A DNA stretch of 26,014 nucleotides from IMG/VR virus record IMGVR_UViG_3300014158_000359, positions 1 through 26,014 of that record; one strand, 5' to 3'. Source of the DNA: a virus (Duplodnaviria > Caudoviricetes). Of the stretch, positions 1 to 8,513 are shown piece by piece. The translations under genes and the position numbers were made by a program. The notes below the pieces were generated by a model. That model saw nothing but the letters and a program-made list of their open reading frames with translations, was not told where the DNA came from and did not search any database. Within the stretch, counting starts at the first letter, position 1. Every line of letters starts with the position of its first letter.

Positions 1-405
1 GGCGGCTGCCTCGTTTATAGTGAGGACCGCAAGGGCGAACATCCGCAGGCGCACCTGCGTGGGTTCCGCCGCCTGCTGCAGGTGGACGGCTATGCAGGGC
101 TGATCCTTTATCTCGACGACGGCCGCCTGGAGCTGGACCACCAACACCGTCGAGCGCGCCGTGCGCCCGGTTGCTCTCGGCGCAAGAATGCGTTGTTCGC
201 TGGCGCCGATAACGGCGGGCGGCATTGGGCGACCATCGCCACGCTGATCCAGACGGCAAAGCTGAACGATGTCGAGCCATCGGCGTGGCTGACCGATGCG
301 CTGCAACGCATCGTGGCAAGACGTACCAAACTGATCGAGCTCGCCTCGCTGCTGCCGTCGAACTGGAAGGCTGCCAAGGCGCTTGAAGCACCTGGCACCG
401 GGTAG
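1..405 (+). pseudogene. tnpC: IS66-family transposase (TnpC) C-terminal remnant
   Basis: Frame 1 reads YSEDRKGEHPQAHL..LLQVDGYAG joined directly to LILYLDDGRLELD, then RKNALFAG..GGRHWATIATLIQTAKLNDVEP.AWLTD, all IS66 TnpC motifs. The segment normally between DGYAG and LDDGR is missing, and NTVERAVRPVAL is read in a shifted frame (~138-180). Confidence 0.88.
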
Positions 406-534
406 CGACGCAAAACTTCGCGTTGATCCGCTATCCTGCATCATCCTCGTACAGGATCATAGATCGCGTGATCAGCGCCATGTGGGTGGCCCGCAACGCT
501 AACGGATCCACGCCACCGTCCACGAAACTTTCAA

Positions 535-1503
535 AGAGTCTGTCCGGAAACATCGCTAGGCCCGGCATAGTCTCCTGACCATGAGGCGGATGGAGGCCAT
601 CAGCAGAAATGCCCGCGCCTTGTGGTTGAGGCTCTCCCAGTCCTTGCTCAGGCGGCGGCAGCGGCTCAGCCATGCAAGCATTCTCTCGACCACCCAGCGT
701 TTGGGCAGCACGACAAAGCCTTTGACCTGATCCGAGCGCTTGACGATCTCAACCGATACCTGTGACAGCACGGCCCGCACCGAGTTGCGGAATTCGGGCC
801 CCTGATAGCCGCCATCGTCGTAGAGCTTCAGCAGGAAGGGATAGAGACCGAACAGCGTGCCGAGCAGCCACGCCCCACCATCGCGGTCTTGGATATCGGC
901 GGGGGTGACGATGGCGTGCAGCACCAGCCCCTGCGTGTCGACCAGAACGTGCCGATTCTTGCCTTTGATCTTCTTGCCTGCGTCATAGCCGTGCGGATCG
1001 ATGTGAGCGCCGCCCTTTTCCGTACTCTTGACACTCTTGGCGTCGATGATCCCCGCGGTCGGGCTGGCCTCCCGAGACACCTGCTCGCGGCATTTTACGT
1101 AGAGCGCGTGATGGATCCGCTCCAGGGTTCCGTCCCAGCTCCAGCGATCGAAGTAGTCGTAGATAGTGCGGCGCGCTGCCAGATCCTTGGGGATAGCACG
1201 CCACTGGCACCCGGTACTGAGAATGTACATCAGCCCGTTCGCCGCCTCGCGTGGCTTGACCGATCGCTTGTTTCCGCCTGGCTTGGCAGGTGGAATCAGG
1301 GGCGCGATCTTCGCCCACTCTTCATCGGTCAGGTCGCTCTCATACCGCAGACCGCTGCGATCGTAGCGGCGGCGGTTCTCCACGGTCCACATCCGGCACT
1401 CCCCAAATCCGTACAGGGATGGGGGAATGGTAGCCAGATCAATCGGTTCCGGGGCAGACCACTAACCGATTCAAATGACTCAATTTGTTTCCGGACGGAC
1501 ACT
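535..1503 (-). mobile_element. IS5-family insertion sequence (IS1031-like), ~970 bp
   Basis: Terminal inverted repeats 535-552 (AGAGTCTGTCCGGAAACA) and 1486-1503 (reverse complement AGTGTCCGTCCGGAAACA) match at 16/18 and flank a single transposase ORF. Confidence 0.88.
556..1392 (-). CDS. IS5-family DDE transposase (278 aa)
   Basis: N-terminal YESDLTDEEWAKIAPLIP and TGCQWRAIPKD motifs; DDE-region motifs IIDAKSVK, GYDAGKKIKG, DGGY, KRWVVER. Confidence 0.93.
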   Translation of the reverse strand: MWTVENRRRYDRSGLRYESDLTDEEWAKIAPLIPPAKPGGNKRSVKPREAANGLMYILSTGCQWRAIPKDLAARRTIYDYFDRWSWDGTLERIHHALYVKCREQVSREASPTAGIIDAKSVKSTEKGGAHIDPHGYDAGKKIKGKNRHVLVDTQGLVLHAIVTPADIQDRDGGAWLLGTLFGLYPFLLKLYDDGGYQGPEFRNSVRAVLSQVSVEIVKRSDQVKGFVVLPKRWVVERMLAWLSRCRRLSKDWESLNHKARAFLLMASIRLMVRRLCRA

Positions 1504-1568
1504 GAGGTCTCCGGCATTACGGTAACCTATTTCGATGGTGCGGTCGGCACCACCAGCGGTGCATTCGT

Positions 1569-3422
1569 TCACGTCACCGAAAAGGCCGTGGGATACACGG
1601 TGGGCATGCTGCCATTTGTGCCTTCCACCCAAGCATACCATGTTCCGGCAACCGATGGCGTGTTGACGTACGCCCCCCACAGATTTGTGTTGACATAAGA
1701 GCCGAGGGTCCAACTTGTTGGAGGCACGGTCGAAGATGTAGAGAAGCCAAACTGCACAGGCGCACTGCTCGGTGAGACCTGTGCATTGATGCCAATGGCA
1801 CCATTGCCGTGCAGGTAGCTCCCCGAGGGGGTAACGTTCCAGGTGATCGAGGTTACTGAAACGCCGGCCGCCGTGGTGCTCGCCGTTTCCACGTTAGACG
1901 CCGGGCCCGGGCCTGCAGCATTGACTGCAACGACCTCGAAATCGTAACTGGTATCGGATGATAGCCCAGTTACAGCGAAAGATGTCGACGTCAGGCCGGA
2001 TGCGCCGGTTAACCAGGATACTGTCCCTGAGACGCGATACTGGACCGTATAGCTGCTGGCCGTCCCCCCTGATCCCGGCGACGACCACGCCAGCGACATA
2101 CCACTACTGGTAGCGTTGTTAGTCGTGAGGCCGGTCACCATCCCGGGTGGATTGAGGCCTGCGGATGTCGACGCAGTGACGATTGCCGAAGGAATACCTA
2201 CTCCGGCATTGTTTGCGGCTGATACGACAAAGTCATAACTGCTTGCCGAGAGCAGACCGGTGACGGTGCACTCAAGTGCGGTCACGGATGGTGCAGTCGA
2301 CCATCCTGCTGTTCCACTAACCCTATACTGGATCGTATAGCTTGTCGGTGACGGCGATAGCGTAGCCCAAGTCAATGTGATGGTGTCAAAGCTTTCTGAG
2401 CTTACGGCTAAGTCACTGACCTGTCCCGGAACACCGAACGACGACGCGGATACGCTCAGCCAAGCAAAGACGAGAGTTCCACCTGAGTATGTCACACATG
2501 TAACGGTAGCAGCCTGGCCTGGAGCGAGAATGGAAGTACCCGATGAGGTGGTAACGCTACCACCCAATGTGATGTTGCCAGCGCTGACGTTGAGCAGATC
2601 ACAGGTGAAGCCATTTCCCATACTAGTCGGTGCTGAGGTGACGGTAACAGGCTGACTGCATACCAGCATCCGGCCATTGTGAACAGCCGCACTTAAAGTC
2701 GTGTCCGTTGTAAGCTCGAGCGTAGGCGGCTGATAGCATGGCAACTGCGAACTGAGCCAGACCCACACGGCAGCCAGGGTCTGGCGCAGCATCACGTTCC
2801 CGCCCTGCGCCACGAAAAAAATGTCGGTACCCGAAGCTGCGGCTGCAGCCTGCGCTTGGTCGATCGTTTGTCCGTCGATGAGATTAGCGTAGCTAATCGT
2901 GTGATCCAATCCAGCCTGACTTATCGCAACCAGATCGCCCGCCGAAATTGTCGTCACTGTTGGAAGGTCCGTGATGCTATATCCCGATGTGCCGCCCGAC
3001 GTGCCGCCTTCGAGTATCGCAGAGATAGTGCCATATTGATCGATCGCAATATTCGATCCAGAGGAAAACAAACCACGTAAAAGCGACAGTTGCAACAGTT
3101 TAGGATTGCCTTCGCTGCTCAGCACCGCTTCGTCGCTGAGCGTGAGGGTGCCCTGTACCGGGAAGCTCGCATGATCGGCTCCGGTGGCGACCAAGGTGTC
3201 AGTATTTAGGAGCAGACCAACTCCGACCCCAACTGGGTCTGGTCCCCCAGGCCCCAAACTCGTGCGTCCAAGGAGGGTTCCGGTCGCCGCGAGAATGGCC
3301 GGCTGAATGCCGGCCAGCAGTGTGCCGACGCTCACTGAGCAAGCTGACCCACCTTGGCTGATCGGAACCTGGTCCGCAGCGGTCACCTGCGAGACGGCTG
3401 GAAGCTGGGAAATTGTTGGCAT
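1569..3422 (-). CDS. Fibronectin type III domain-containing virion fibre/adhesin (617 aa)
   Basis: Two FN3 repeats (PGQVSDL..ITLTW..YTIQYR..TGLLSASSYDFVVSAAN and PPGMVTGL..SLAW..YTVQYR..TGLSSDTSYDFEVVAVN). The N-terminus is paralogous to the upstream 919-aa protein. GGAG RBS at 3428-3431. Confidence 0.8.
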   Translation of the reverse strand: MPTISQLPAVSQVTAADQVPISQGGSACSVSVGTLLAGIQPAILAATGTLLGRTSLGPGGPDPVGVGVGLLLNTDTLVATGADHASFPVQGTLTLSDEAVLSSEGNPKLLQLSLLRGLFSSGSNIAIDQYGTISAILEGGTSGGTSGYSITDLPTVTTISAGDLVAISQAGLDHTISYANLIDGQTIDQAQAAAAASGTDIFFVAQGGNVMLRQTLAAVWVWLSSQLPCYQPPTLELTTDTTLSAAVHNGRMLVCSQPVTVTSAPTSMGNGFTCDLLNVSAGNITLGGSVTTSSGTSILAPGQAATVTCVTYSGGTLVFAWLSVSASSFGVPGQVSDLAVSSESFDTITLTWATLSPSPTSYTIQYRVSGTAGWSTAPSVTALECTVTGLLSASSYDFVVSAANNAGVGIPSAIVTASTSAGLNPPGMVTGLTTNNATSSGMSLAWSSPGSGGTASSYTVQYRVSGTVSWLTGASGLTSTSFAVTGLSSDTSYDFEVVAVNAAGPGPASNVETASTTAAGVSVTSITWNVTPSGSYLHGNGAIGINAQVSPSSAPVQFGFSTSSTVPPTSWTLGSYVNTNLWGAYVNTPSVAGTWYAWVEGTNGSMPTVYPTAFSVT

Positions 3423-3464
3423 AGGCGCTCCGAATGGATGACCGTTTTTCTCGGTTTGCTCGCG

Positions 3465-6224
3465 TCAGGCCAGGACTTGAGATCCAGCGCACACTGAAAT
3501 CCAGTGCACGCCATCGCTGAAAACCTCAACACCGGACCCGGCGCCGGCAGCCTCAGTAGGCTTGCGCCCATTTGAGGCGAACGCCTTTGCACCGGCGATC
3601 GCAGTAGCGGGCAAGCCCGCAACGGTATATGATGGCAGCACAGGCGGTCCGCCGAACCGCGGATTGACCCAATTCGTCCGGAATACCTCGTGCCAGGACG
3701 AGCTACCGTCCGAGATAATGTGATAGCGGTCGTTTTGGTGGAGCGTCACCGGGCCATTGTCGATGGCATCGGTGCCGTTCGGAGTGATCGACACTGTGGG
3801 CGTGCTGACGACCGAAAATGTGAATCCTGTTCCTGCTGCGACCGTGGCCGCTGCTGGAAGCGTGATCGTATAGGTGCTTATGCCGGCTAGAAAGACAATG
3901 TTCCCGGCGACGTAGTTAGGTAGAGTTGTGTTGGCGGTGCAGACAGTCTGGAATCCTACGGTGATTCCTTTTCCGACCACATAGGACAGCGCGCCCTGAT
4001 ACCATCGGAGGACGCTTGTTGCACTATCGTACGCCAGGCGATACGTGACGGTTGGTTCAAAAGCAATTTGGTGGCCCGCGGCCAAGCGTATAGCGGCGGC
4101 ACCGGTCATCTGCGTAGCGTTCGATGTGTCTAAGACGGATGTCGAGAAGGGAATGCCGACTCCAAACACGGTGTATGCGTGTCCCGTGTGGCCCGCTGCA
4201 AGATATACGCCTAAGACGGTCGAGATCTCCATAGGGGCGCCTGAGAGATTGTTCTGACCCACTACCAGAGATTGTATTTGCCGATTGTGGCCATCGTCGG
4301 GACCATTCCCAAACCAATCCATCTCTGCGGCTATTCCAGCGTTCGTAACGCTCGAGAGTTGAGCCGTTGTGTCGCGATACTCAAAACACGCTGCCCAAAG
4401 TTGCGGCTGCGGGAGTGCCGTTCCAGCAGAGTTCGTTCCCACAGACTGGCGGATCGTCTGCACATAACGAGCAACGTGTTGTGCTGGTGCGCTTGCGGAC
4501 CCGGTTTGGATGCCGCACCAAAGCATACGGTCGATGCCACCCCATATGTAGTTGTTGGGGCTGTTATAAATAATTGTATCCGTGCGCGCATTGGCGGATA
4601 CTACTCCGGTCGTCGGTCCTCCCGTATGATTGACTATATATGCGGAGCGCGACACCGCAAAGTCGGTGGGCTGCGACGCGCCCTGAGACACCTCAACACT
4701 GATATTGCTGTTTCCGACAACTACGCCAGGCAAGACCATTTCGGCCGGCCCTGCGCCACCAGGGATTGCGTCCGCCAGTGACGTTCCGTCTGGTAGAGTG
4801 GTGCCATCGACGATCCACTTCACCCATTTCGTGAGGGAAATACCCCAGGTTGTGGGGTTCCGCAGACTCGTCACGCCATTCGGCACGTAAATGACTGAAC
4901 CAGCCGGAGCGGCCTGGTAAGCTGCGATGAATGCCGCAGTATCGTCAGTAGTTCCATTGAGTTGCGCATTGTACGGGAGGGATTTGATGTTTATGACGCC
5001 GATCATGCTTCCGGGGCTCGCGTCAACGTACGACTTAGTAGCAGCGCTCAATGGAGTTGTCGGTGCATTTGCCAGCGTCAGAGAGCCGGTTAACGTTCCA
5101 CCACTGAGCGGTAGAGCGGTTGCAATCTGCCCATCTACGTACTGCTTGGGAGCGGCCTGCATTGCAGCGGTAGGGATGTCAGCAAGCGTGATCGGCCCGG
5201 TCACTACGCCACCAGAAAGGGGTAGGCCTGTCGCGACCTGACTATCTACATAATGTTTTGTTGCTGCCTGCAACGACGAAGTCGGATCTGCTGCCAGAGA
5301 CAGCACCCCCGTTAATGAACCACCAGCAATCGGCAGCGCCGTCGCGACCTGTGCATCCGTGTACCCCTTGGTCGCCGCCTGTAGGGCAGAAACCGGGTTC
5401 GATGCCAAAATCAGGGCTCCGGTCAGAGTGTCTCCAGATCGAAATACGCGCGTATCGACGTACTCCTTGGTCGCTGCCTGCAGCGCCGCGGTAGGGTCGG
5501 TAGCCAAGGTCAGTGCCCCCGAGAGTACGCCGCCCGCCTTTGGAAGCAAGGTTGCGGTCTGGGTATCAACATAGTTCTTGGTGGCTGCTTGAGCAGCGAC
5601 AGTCGGATCGCCTGCCAGCGTCAACGGCCCGGAAAGGGTCCCGCCTGCCTTCGACAACGTAGTTGCTACTTGGCCGTCCACATAGGTCTTGGGGGCCGCC
5701 TGCAGGGGTGTCGTTGGAACAGCGGCAAGTGTTAAAGGCCCAGTCATAGACCCGCCAGTAAGCGGCAAGGTCCCTGCGGCAAAGTCAGCGAGCCTGGTGC
5801 TGGTCGTGGAACCTGTCGCAGTCAGGAGCATCTGGGATGCGTCTATATTGGAAATTTCCGGTAAGCCACTCAGAAATTGGCTATAAGGTACCGCAGTGTT
5901 GGTGCCTCCCTGACTGAGCGGTACCAAGTCACCTGGACCAGGTACCGTTCCGGTTGGCAACGCGCTGACCAGGTAGGGTGTCGCCGAGGCCGATAAAGTG
6001 CCGCTCGCCAGAGTAAGATTTGCCCCTACTGCCAGCGATTCAGGAGCCCCGGTACCTGCGCTACTGCGCCCCAGTAGAATTCCACTTTGCAGTGCCAACT
6101 GGGGCTGAACCCCGGCCAGGATTTGGGCACGCGTCATCTTTAGCGCTGTGCCTGCCTGACTGACGATATGTTCGTCGGTATCTGCTGCCGCAGTTGCCGG
6201 GGCGAGTTGGTCTATCGTCGGCAT
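3465..6224 (-). CDS. Repeat-rich fibre/tailspike-like protein (919 aa)
   Basis: Seven ~37-aa fibre repeats (..GG.LTG.LTLA.DP...QAATK.YVD), followed by NIK..YNAQLNGTTDDTAAFIAA..GSVIYVPNG, a motif like the start of pectate_lyase_3/tailspike beta-helices. GGAG RBS at 6236-6239. Confidence 0.78.
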   Translation of the reverse strand: MPTIDQLAPATAAADTDEHIVSQAGTALKMTRAQILAGVQPQLALQSGILLGRSSAGTGAPESLAVGANLTLASGTLSASATPYLVSALPTGTVPGPGDLVPLSQGGTNTAVPYSQFLSGLPEISNIDASQMLLTATGSTTSTRLADFAAGTLPLTGGSMTGPLTLAAVPTTPLQAAPKTYVDGQVATTLSKAGGTLSGPLTLAGDPTVAAQAATKNYVDTQTATLLPKAGGVLSGALTLATDPTAALQAATKEYVDTRVFRSGDTLTGALILASNPVSALQAATKGYTDAQVATALPIAGGSLTGVLSLAADPTSSLQAATKHYVDSQVATGLPLSGGVVTGPITLADIPTAAMQAAPKQYVDGQIATALPLSGGTLTGSLTLANAPTTPLSAATKSYVDASPGSMIGVINIKSLPYNAQLNGTTDDTAAFIAAYQAAPAGSVIYVPNGVTSLRNPTTWGISLTKWVKWIVDGTTLPDGTSLADAIPGGAGPAEMVLPGVVVGNSNISVEVSQGASQPTDFAVSRSAYIVNHTGGPTTGVVSANARTDTIIYNSPNNYIWGGIDRMLWCGIQTGSASAPAQHVARYVQTIRQSVGTNSAGTALPQPQLWAACFEYRDTTAQLSSVTNAGIAAEMDWFGNGPDDGHNRQIQSLVVGQNNLSGAPMEISTVLGVYLAAGHTGHAYTVFGVGIPFSTSVLDTSNATQMTGAAAIRLAAGHQIAFEPTVTYRLAYDSATSVLRWYQGALSYVVGKGITVGFQTVCTANTTLPNYVAGNIVFLAGISTYTITLPAAATVAAGTGFTFSVVSTPTVSITPNGTDAIDNGPVTLHQNDRYHIISDGSSSWHEVFRTNWVNPRFGGPPVLPSYTVAGLPATAIAGAKAFASNGRKPTEAAGAGSGVEVFSDGVHWISVCAGSQVLA
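5019..5768 (-). repeat. Seven degenerate tandem ~111-bp (37-aa) coding repeats
   Basis: Visible in the translation: AAPKTYVD, AATKNYVD, AATKEYVD, AATKGYTD, AATKHYVD, AAPKQYVD, AATKSYVD. Confidence 0.9.
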
Positions 6225-6330
6225 GTTTGATCGTGCTCCAACAGCAGTACCCGACCGATACTCGGCGAGCGAGAATCGCGATAGTATTGCTGTATAAGAA
6301 TAGGTAGCCGAAGCCAGGCTTGTATCGGTG

Positions 6331-6810
6331 TCAAGTCAGTACTGGGTTGCCATTTTGGTCCGTCAAGACCACACCGGCGGTGATATCAATGGCGTTAGGC
6401 GGAATCGGTGGTACCGACAGTAAAAGAACCGGCAGCAATATACTGCGCTGCAGCGCCCGTCCATTGATGGTAGATATTATCACGGTAATCGTATAGACGG
6501 TCCCAGCTTGCCCTCCGGACAGCCACAGCACGGCCGAAGGGCCGTCTGCCTGGACTTCGTTTAGTGTCAGATCCCCAGGGTTGTCAGGAGTTATAAAGAC
6601 ATCAAGAGTTGCAATTGAATCCCCCTCATTTCCTATCAATGCCGGAGATATATTGAGTTGATAATCGAGGACATCATTGGGGTCCTTGGTCGGCCAGTTC
6701 AGTGGAGGCGGGGCAACCGCGGTGGACCCACGCGGCACGGGGATAAAGGCATCCAGGAGAACGGTGCGAGCACTGCTGGGCTTCGATACGTGGATAGCTG
6801 GAGTGGCCAT
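6331..6810 (-). CDS. Phage fibre adaptor-like protein (159 aa)
   Basis: KDPNDVLDYQLN..DSI..VLWLSGGQAGTVYTIT..T.NGR..QRSI resembles small phage fibre/tail adaptor proteins; it lies between fibre genes. Confidence 0.65.
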   Translation of the reverse strand: MATPAIHVSKPSSARTVLLDAFIPVPRGSTAVAPPPLNWPTKDPNDVLDYQLNISPALIGNEGDSIATLDVFITPDNPGDLTLNEVQADGPSAVLWLSGGQAGTVYTITVIISTINGRALQRSILLPVLLLSVPPIPPNAIDITAGVVLTDQNGNPVLT

Positions 6811-6951
6811 GACAACCTTCTGACGCGTGTGGGGCGGGTAGTCAATCGCGCGGACACAGACTGATTATTAGTATCTCAAGGTCGGTGTTATACGTATCCA
6901 GACAGAACCGGTCCTGATGCATCAGAACCACTACGCCCAGCAGTAAATCAC

Positions 6952-7218
6952 TTAGACCGTCTTACTTAGACTCGCAAGTTGGGTCGCAAGAACCTTCAGC
7001 TGAGCCTGCATTTCAGAAATTGACAAAGCTGCAGGAGTAACGTCTGGAATTATAGCCTTCCTAAAAGCCGATCCATCATAAGTCCAGCCCTCCGCTAATC
7101 CGGTCACCGACGAAGCATCGACCCATACCAAGGATGGATGAAACATTGTCGAAATATCTAAGCTGGTAGTCAATAATTCAACCACCCGACCGTCTTGAAT
7201 CCTCGCATAGGTCCGCAT
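6952..7218 (-). CDS. Tail fibre assembly/chaperone-like small protein (88 aa)
   Basis: MRTYARIQDGRVVE..FHPSLVWVD..GWTYDGSAF pattern is typical of small proteins following tail fibre genes; starts 1 nt after the fibre stop. Confidence 0.65.
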   Translation of the reverse strand: MRTYARIQDGRVVELLTTSLDISTMFHPSLVWVDASSVTGLAEGWTYDGSAFRKAIIPDVTPAALSISEMQAQLKVLATQLASLSKTV

Positions 7219-7219
7219 A

Positions 7220-8485
7220 TTACCACCTCACGACTACTAACCCGAGCGCCCCGGCCGCGCCGTTGTACGGCGTGTTGCCATTGGAGCCTGTGCCAGCCCC
7301 AGCGGCGCCTCCCCCGGGAAACACTCCGGCAACACCGCTTGTGCCGCTGTTCTGGCTTCCGCCCATTGGGGCGGCACCTCCCATTCCCCCCTGGCTCAGC
7401 ACGGCCGCCTGGCCGGCAGATCCAACAAGATTCACGTCCCCACCAACGCCAGTTCCTGCGGGTGTAGCGCCGTTTTGTGGGCTTGTAACGCTAGCAAGAC
7501 AATTGAGACTGCCACCAGTCGCGCTAAGATAGGCACCGAAGCTGGATGTGCCACCGGAGGTCGCGCTACCGCCGCCAATTGTTCCGTAGTTGCCGCCGCT
7601 GCCGACGACAACAACGATAGACTGGCCCGGCGTTAGACCGGTTATCCGTTTTCGTGCATAGCCACCGCCCGAACCACCGCCTGAACTGCTACCGCTGGGT
7701 GTTCCGGAAACCGACGCGTAGCTACCCGCGCCCCCCCCCCAGACTTCGACTTCCACCTGTGTCACACCCGCGGGAACAACGAAATTCCCCGATGCAGTAA
7801 AGCTCTGGATTCCCGAACCGAAGCCAGGATGTAGTGACGGCAATTTCCACGACAGAAAGGGTGCCGTTGGTAGTGTCAAAATGTTCGCTGCGGTGATTGA
7901 TGCCTGGCCGTAGGAGACAGTGATGACGTAGAGTCCCGTCCAACCATCGTCAACCGGCGGGGTAGACTGTGTTCCGGAGATAGCGGGCGCACCAGACTTC
8001 ATCTCCAGTTCAACACATTGCGTACGCAGGGTGTTCTGAGCAGTTGCAGAATTCGCTGGGCCACTGTAAGGTTGCGATGGCTGGGCTGCATTATAGTAAG
8101 GCAAAACGATTGGATTGACATCGCTCTCCTGAAATGCAGCCTGTATAAGGTAATTCGCCGATTGGCCTGATGTAGTCGGGGCCGTGATTGTGAAGCTTGT
8201 CGGGGTGATATTGATACCAATCTTAAGTAGCGTATCCGTTGTGTCTGCGGGCAAGGATCCGTATGGTAGCATATCGACTACGGAAAGCTGAGAAATTGTG
8301 CCTGGCCCGACCATTATCGTCATGGAAGGAGGAGACGTCGGAGTGCAAGCTAGCCCATCCACGACGGGGCCAGTCCCCAGTACCGCCTGCGCCAGGTAGC
8401 CCACCGCAATCATCGCGTTACGATTGATAGAGAGCAAATCTGTATCGAGCGGGATGCTTCCTGGATAAACTAGATTTCGGTCCAT
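7220..8485 (-). CDS. Tail fibre protein with C-terminal glycine-rich domain (421 aa)
   Basis: Follows the baseplate wedge genes. The C-terminus has FTASGNFVVPAGVTQVEVEVWGGG..GGGSGGGY..G.VVVRW, a Gly-rich fibre domain. Confidence 0.8.
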   Translation of the reverse strand: MDRNLVYPGSIPLDTDLLSINRNAMIAVGYLAQAVLGTGPVVDGLACTPTSPPSMTIMVGPGTISQLSVVDMLPYGSLPADTTDTLLKIGINITPTSFTITAPTTSGQSANYLIQAAFQESDVNPIVLPYYNAAQPSQPYSGPANSATAQNTLRTQCVELEMKSGAPAISGTQSTPPVDDGWTGLYVITVSYGQASITAANILTLPTAPFLSWKLPSLHPGFGSGIQSFTASGNFVVPAGVTQVEVEVWGGGAGSYASVSGTPSGSSSGGGSGGGYARKRITGLTPGQSIVVVVGSGGNYGTIGGGSATSGGTSSFGAYLSATGGSLNCLASVTSPQNGATPAGTGVGGDVNLVGSAGQAAVLSQGGMGGAAPMGGSQNSGTSGVAGVFPGGGAAGAGTGSNGNTPYNGAAGALGLVVVRW

Positions 8486-8513
8486 GTGGTCCTCTTGTTG
8501 CCAAACGAAGGCG

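Noticed and set aside
431-673. 80-aa ORF as a real gene
   Set aside because: It is chimeric across the IS5 end; at most the C-terminal fragment of an interrupted unknown gene.
5019-5768. CRISPR array or diversity-generating retroelement repeats
   Set aside because: The repeats are degenerate in-frame coding units; no spacers, cas genes, reverse transcriptase or adenine-specific TR/VR pair were seen.
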